A DNA stretch of 64,000 bases from the human T2T-CHM13v2.0 reference genome, Homo sapiens: NCBI RefSeq assembly GCF_009914755.1, contig NC_060935.1. One strand, 5' to 3'. The notes beneath the pieces are model-generated. The model was not told where the DNA came from. It worked only from the letters and a program-made list of their open reading frames with translations, and searched no databases. Positions 59,321 to 64,000 of the stretch are shown here, piece by piece. The position numbers were made by a program, and so were the translations under genes. Numbering within the stretch: the stretch's first letter is position 1; each line of letters starts with the position of its first letter.

Positions 59321-60999
59321 ATACCCCATCACCCTTTGCTGCCTCAGCAGAGCCCCAGAGAAACCAAAACAAAAGAAAAACAGAATAAGAACCCAGGAGG
59401 GGTTCAGGGTAGCATAGGGCAGGAGTCAGGAGCGGGCAAAGAGAGGAGATGGAGAAGGGAGTTTGTTGAAGGTTGGCAGCTATGGCTAAACAGTTCACAG
59501 TGAAGGGAGAGCCTTCAGAGTCCAGGAAGCTTTAGCCAGAAGTCAGAGGGGTGGACTTGCAGTCCCAATAGGAAAGAACTTTCCTCCTCCAGGAATCAGA
59601 AAGGGACTAGAGAAACCCAGGAACCAGAGTGAAGACATGAGGCTGGCAGAGAGGGGGTGGGAAGAGGGGCACTAGTGGCTGTGGTGACAAGGCTGTGTGC
59701 AGGTTATTAACCCTGGGATAACTGCGTGAGTCCTGAAACAGAAATAAACCTTTCTCACCTCCAAACCCTCACCAGGAAAAAAAAATTAATTTTACACCAC
59801 AGTCTCAGGAAGAGAAATTTAGGGACACACAGGCTGGGCCTTTGGCCTGTGAAAACCTCAGCTTCTTAGCCCCGTTAGGAAAATCTGGGCTCTTAGAGAG
59901 AAGGTAAAGACTTGGATAACGCTATTCTCTCTATTTCTCACCTCCAACCCTCTTTTCTGAGTCCTCTACATCTTTCAAAGGCCAGATTCCCACCTTGGCC
60001 CTGTCCAGAAGCCTTCCCAACTGCCAGAATTTCCAGCATCCACTGTTCCTCTGAAGAGCAAAAGCTCTTCACCAGGCTCTTCACCTCCCAGCTTATTCTG
60101 TGGTCTTCTCTGGACAAGGAAGACCATCTCCCTAAGGTCCATGGTGACTGGGGGTGGAGCAGGGAGATGGATTTCCCATCATCAGCCACCTTTCCTTGAG
60201 CCTAGACCCAGTCCCATCCCCTCCTGCTCAGAGTTCAGGGCTCGGGGACTGGCAGGGGGAAGCTGTACTGTGGCTGGCTGGTATGTTTTGTCAAGAACAT
60301 ATCAGCTGCTTCCCTATTTGGGCAGGAGGAATCCAGGAGGGCTGCATGCCCTGGAAAGCACCTGGTGCTGCTGGGCCCAAAGAACTCGGCCTCCTCTGTC
60401 CCCTGCCTTGCAGCAGCCATGCCCACCCAAGCCAAAGTGACTCCTAAGCATTCCCTGCTGCGGGGCGCTTGGATGCAGGTTGAACATGGCTAAGGGCAAG
60501 TCACTTGGCTCAGGACACTGACTTAGTTTCTATGTGCCCAGCAGAGTCAGGGAAACTTGGACCCAAGGCAACCCTGAGGCCCCAGGCAGCATCATATACC
60601 TGTCTATCCTCCCTGGGACCTTTCAGCATTGGGGACGTGCCCTGTGTGTCGCTTCACTAAACCCTGAGGAATATGCCTGGCTGAATCAGGATGTGCCCAC
60701 AGTTCCTCACCCAGGGGCCTCCTCACCAACACCCCTGACCCACACCTGAGGACTTAAATGACAGAGGTAGCAGCGGGCAAAAGGCCAGTGGAAGGCGGCA
60801 GAGAAGCTTTGCACAGCACCTGCTCCTCTATGGTGTCCAGCCTTTCCCCAACCCCAACCCACCCCTCCTCCTGTGCAGCCAGCTCCAGCCCCAGCCACAG
60901 AGCAATAAGGAGGAACTGGAGAAAAACCGAGGATCCAGCACAGACCGCCCAGGCCCTGGCCACCAACTCCTCCACCCCTGGCAGCACGGAGCCCCATCA

Positions 61000-61300
61000 T
61001 CAGGCGCTAATTAAATCCCCCTAATGAGGAAATAAGGATGCAGGAGCCAGCTCCGCCATGGCCTCCCCGGCCCACCGCTCTCGCCTCTCCATCGGACTTA
61101 TCACTCGTCACAGGATGTTTACAATAATTTTTAATTTGTGCAATTATTAATCACTTTTCTATCTGCCTCATTTGCATAATAATTAGTCATCTCACTGTTT
61201 GGCATGCCTGTGAATGACAGTGTTTTAAATTGAATTAAGATTTTAATATTCTATTTTCCTGCTTTCTTCCCCCTCCACACGCTAATCAAAGTCAGATTTG
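61000..61300. promoter_or_regulatory. AT-rich, repeat-free candidate conserved enhancer
   Basis: CTAATTAAATC, FOX-like TGTTTAC, octamer ATTTGCAT (61170-61177) followed by AATAATTAG, TGACAG and many TAAT/ATTA, within GC-rich flanks. Confidence 0.55.
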
Positions 61301-62013
61301 GCAGCGAGAGAGAGGGTGGGGAGGAGGTTGGCAGGCTCTGGACTTGGCCCGCTCTGCGCTCCCGAGAACTGTGCTAGGAGGAGGGCGTGCCTGTAGAAGG
61401 TGACAGCAATCCCCTCTCACCCAAATCCTGGCTCTTGAGGGGTTAACCCAGCCTTGGCTAATTGAGTAGAGGTAATGAGTGAGAAGTGGGCAAAGGCAAC
61501 TGGGGAGGGAGGGAATCACACTGGCTCAGTGGCACCAGAGACCAAGAAAAGCACTTTCATTTATTTTTTTTCCAAATAGGCTGCTTTTTACAATGGGAAG
61601 TTGGAAAGCTTATTACAGGTCTGTAATTGATCCCCGGTTACTAGTCTAGGTTAACTTTGATGGCTCAGAGTCCCCCAGGTAGAAAAACGCAGGCTGGCGC
61701 AGCCTAAAACCCATTTCTATTCTTCAGATGTACTGAGAAAACAAATCTCTGCAGTTAAGTTTGATTCCCCTTCCCCCTCTCCACACACCAACAAGGCCCT
61801 CTGCCCAGGCTGGACACCTAACAGACATGTACCAGGGGGTGTCGGATTTCCACTGACAAGGGGCCAGGAGCAAAGGCAGACTGCCCTCTGTCGGGGCAGC
61901 TGTGGGTTTATGGATCTCTTGCCCTCCAGCCCTCTCCTGACCACCCCAGGAATTCAGCTCTAGCCTAGAAAACGCCCTGCTCCATCCCGTCTCCCGCTGC
62001 TGCTGCCTCGCGT

Positions 62014-62155
62014 GTTGCCATGGCAATCCCTGTGGCTGCCTGGGATACCCACTGCTGCTCCAGAATTCTCTGCTTAAGCAGGGCAGCTCTCCCGCAGCCT
62101 GTGTGAGACACCGCCCTTTGCCATGGTATGATCACCAGCACGTAGCCTGGAAAGC
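62014..62155. promoter_or_regulatory. Cluster of RFX X-box-like sites
   Basis: GTTGCCATGGCAAT (62014-62027), GCTGCCTGGGATAC (62035-62048), TTTGCCATGGTATG (62117-62130), GTAGCCTGGAAAG (~62142). Confidence 0.5.
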
Positions 62156-64000
62156 CTGATACTGGCCTCTCCCTTCAGGTGAGCAGGGAGAGAAGATGGG
62201 AGAGAGGGGCTGGTACTGGGCAAGCAACTACAGGTCAGGCCACAACAGCTTGCGGGGCCAGACTCCAGCTCAGCAGGTCATGCTTCCCCTGGCCAGGGGA
62301 GCGGAGGGACCCCATCCTGGTACAGCAACCCCTTCCTCCCACAAGGATCAAGGTCTCCCAACTGCAAGAGGGGTCAAGGGAGGGAAAGTCTCCCACATGG
62401 GGAAGAGGAAATGAGGTCTTTCTGCCAGAGTTAGAACTGGGTGAGAGGAAGGAGGGCTAGAAGATTCCAGGAGCCCTTCCCCTTCACAGGACTCCAAGGC
62501 TGGTCTGAATTCCCCCCTGCAAGTCAGGCAGAGAAACTGTCAGGCATTCCTTGGGTCCCCTCTGGCCAGGGCATCCTGGGGCCGACCCATGAGTCCTCCT
62601 GCCAATGTATCCAGGAAGGCCAATAATCCACCCAGAAAGGCACCAGCCTCAGAGCTGGCAGTGCTAGGAAACTGCTTGCCCAGTCTTTGCCTGAAGGGGC
62701 AGGAACAAGAAGTGTCAGAATTCAGGAAAGGCACAGTCCAATCCAGGATGATGGGGAGTTTCTGAGAAGGTAGGCCCTGGGACTTTGGGCTGTGTCTCCC
62801 ACCCAGACTAGAGGAAGCAGGCGGCTTTCTTATCCCATTGTGCGCCAGGCCCAGGTGAGCAAATCTGGTACAATCACTACTCAGGGGACCTTAGCCCTGT
62901 ACGACAACCAACTTCACCCACCACAGTCCCAGCATGGCAAAAGGAGCTTTTTAGATAGTGAGGCACATAACAAGTGCCGCAGCAGCCTCTGCTGGCCGCC
63001 TTAGCCTTCCACACCTGACGCACGGCCGAAAAGGCCGGCGGACCCTCGGAACTATGCTTACCATGAGTCCCCGCTGGCCCGGGACAATTCTGGTCTACAG
63101 CTGTTGTCTCTGCATAATTACTAATAGCAAGCACACACACCCTTCACTCTCAGAAGCATCCCAGTTTGGACAATAAATTCAGTGGCCTCTAATCGCAGCC
63201 AAGCGCAGGATCCCAGCAAGCCAAGCGAGAAGGTGGAGAGACTGAACATGGAGATGAAAAGCCTTCTCTCTGGCCTCAACCAGGGATAGCTGCTCCCTTT
63301 CAGTCATCACCAAAGGAGGAAATTCAGAGTCCCCAGCCCTGGGCCAAGACAGATGCATCTGGGTAGTCACACCTGAGGGAAGAGGGAAAGCAGGTATGCG
63401 GGCCGGGGCGGAACTAGGCGGAAGGAGGAGAAAGAAGGAAGAAAGAAGAGCAGGCGCAGCTGGAGGGTAGGAAGCATGAAGGAAGCAGAACGCTATGACT
63501 CCATGTGTCCAGCAGGTGGCTACACTGAGCGGTCTGTATCGGTCCATCCCCATTGCAGCCGGGCAGCCCCATCCAGCTTGCCTTGTAAGGCTCGGGGTGT
63601 GGCTTCCTGTCCTTCTGCAAAGCCCACCTAAGTCACAAAGCCCCTCTTTCCCCTTTACCCTACTTTTCATTCGCTTTTCTCCGAATGACTCCCTAGCCTG
63701 AATTACAAAATCACGAAGACATTTCACAAACCCCCATGCCCTCACCCCGCACAACCCCGAGAGACAAGAAAGAGACGCCAGAGCAGTGGGCTCCGGGGTA
63801 GTGGGATTCCTGGATCGCTTCCTCCTGGGCTGGTGCCTGCTTGATGCAGGGCTCCTCAGAAACCCCCTGGTATCTGCCCACCTGGGTTGGGAGTCCCTGA
63901 GTACAGAGGTATAGGGACCACTGTGGTTTTTTGTGGTGTGGAAGTGAGGTCATAGAAATCAGGGAATTTCTATATGTCTGTCATTCAGAGAAGTTAATGC

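Overview
This is primate (human-like) non-coding genomic DNA. I found no credible host protein-coding exon, RNA gene or CRISPR array. Bases ~1-16.1 kb are AT-rich and almost entirely nested retroelements: an ancient MLT1 MaLR element, an L1MA carrying most of ORF2, a younger L1PA, short L1 3' ends, Alus, and MST/THE1 LTRs. A 1.6-kb structured (TA)n expansion sits inside the L1MA endonuclease region. From ~16.2 kb the sequence is GC-rich with MIR/L2/Alu/MLT repeats, separated by unique DNA containing AT-rich islands full of homeodomain, POU and RFX motifs, resembling a developmental enhancer landscape. The most notable structures are: (i) a ~300-bp direct repeat bracketing an orphan CpG-rich core, each copy carrying its own Alu; (ii) a 91%-identical inverted repeat bracketing a perfect RFX X-box; (iii) recurrent octamer/POU4-type motifs at 52.9, 61.2 and 63.1 kb; (iv) 40-bp and 77-bp minisatellites; and (v) an MLT2A solo LTR with a duplicated DUX4-like site. 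Long ORFs are L1 remnants or low-complexity artefacts. Repeat subfamily calls come from recalled consensus sequences, most boundaries are approximate, and I cannot name the locus.
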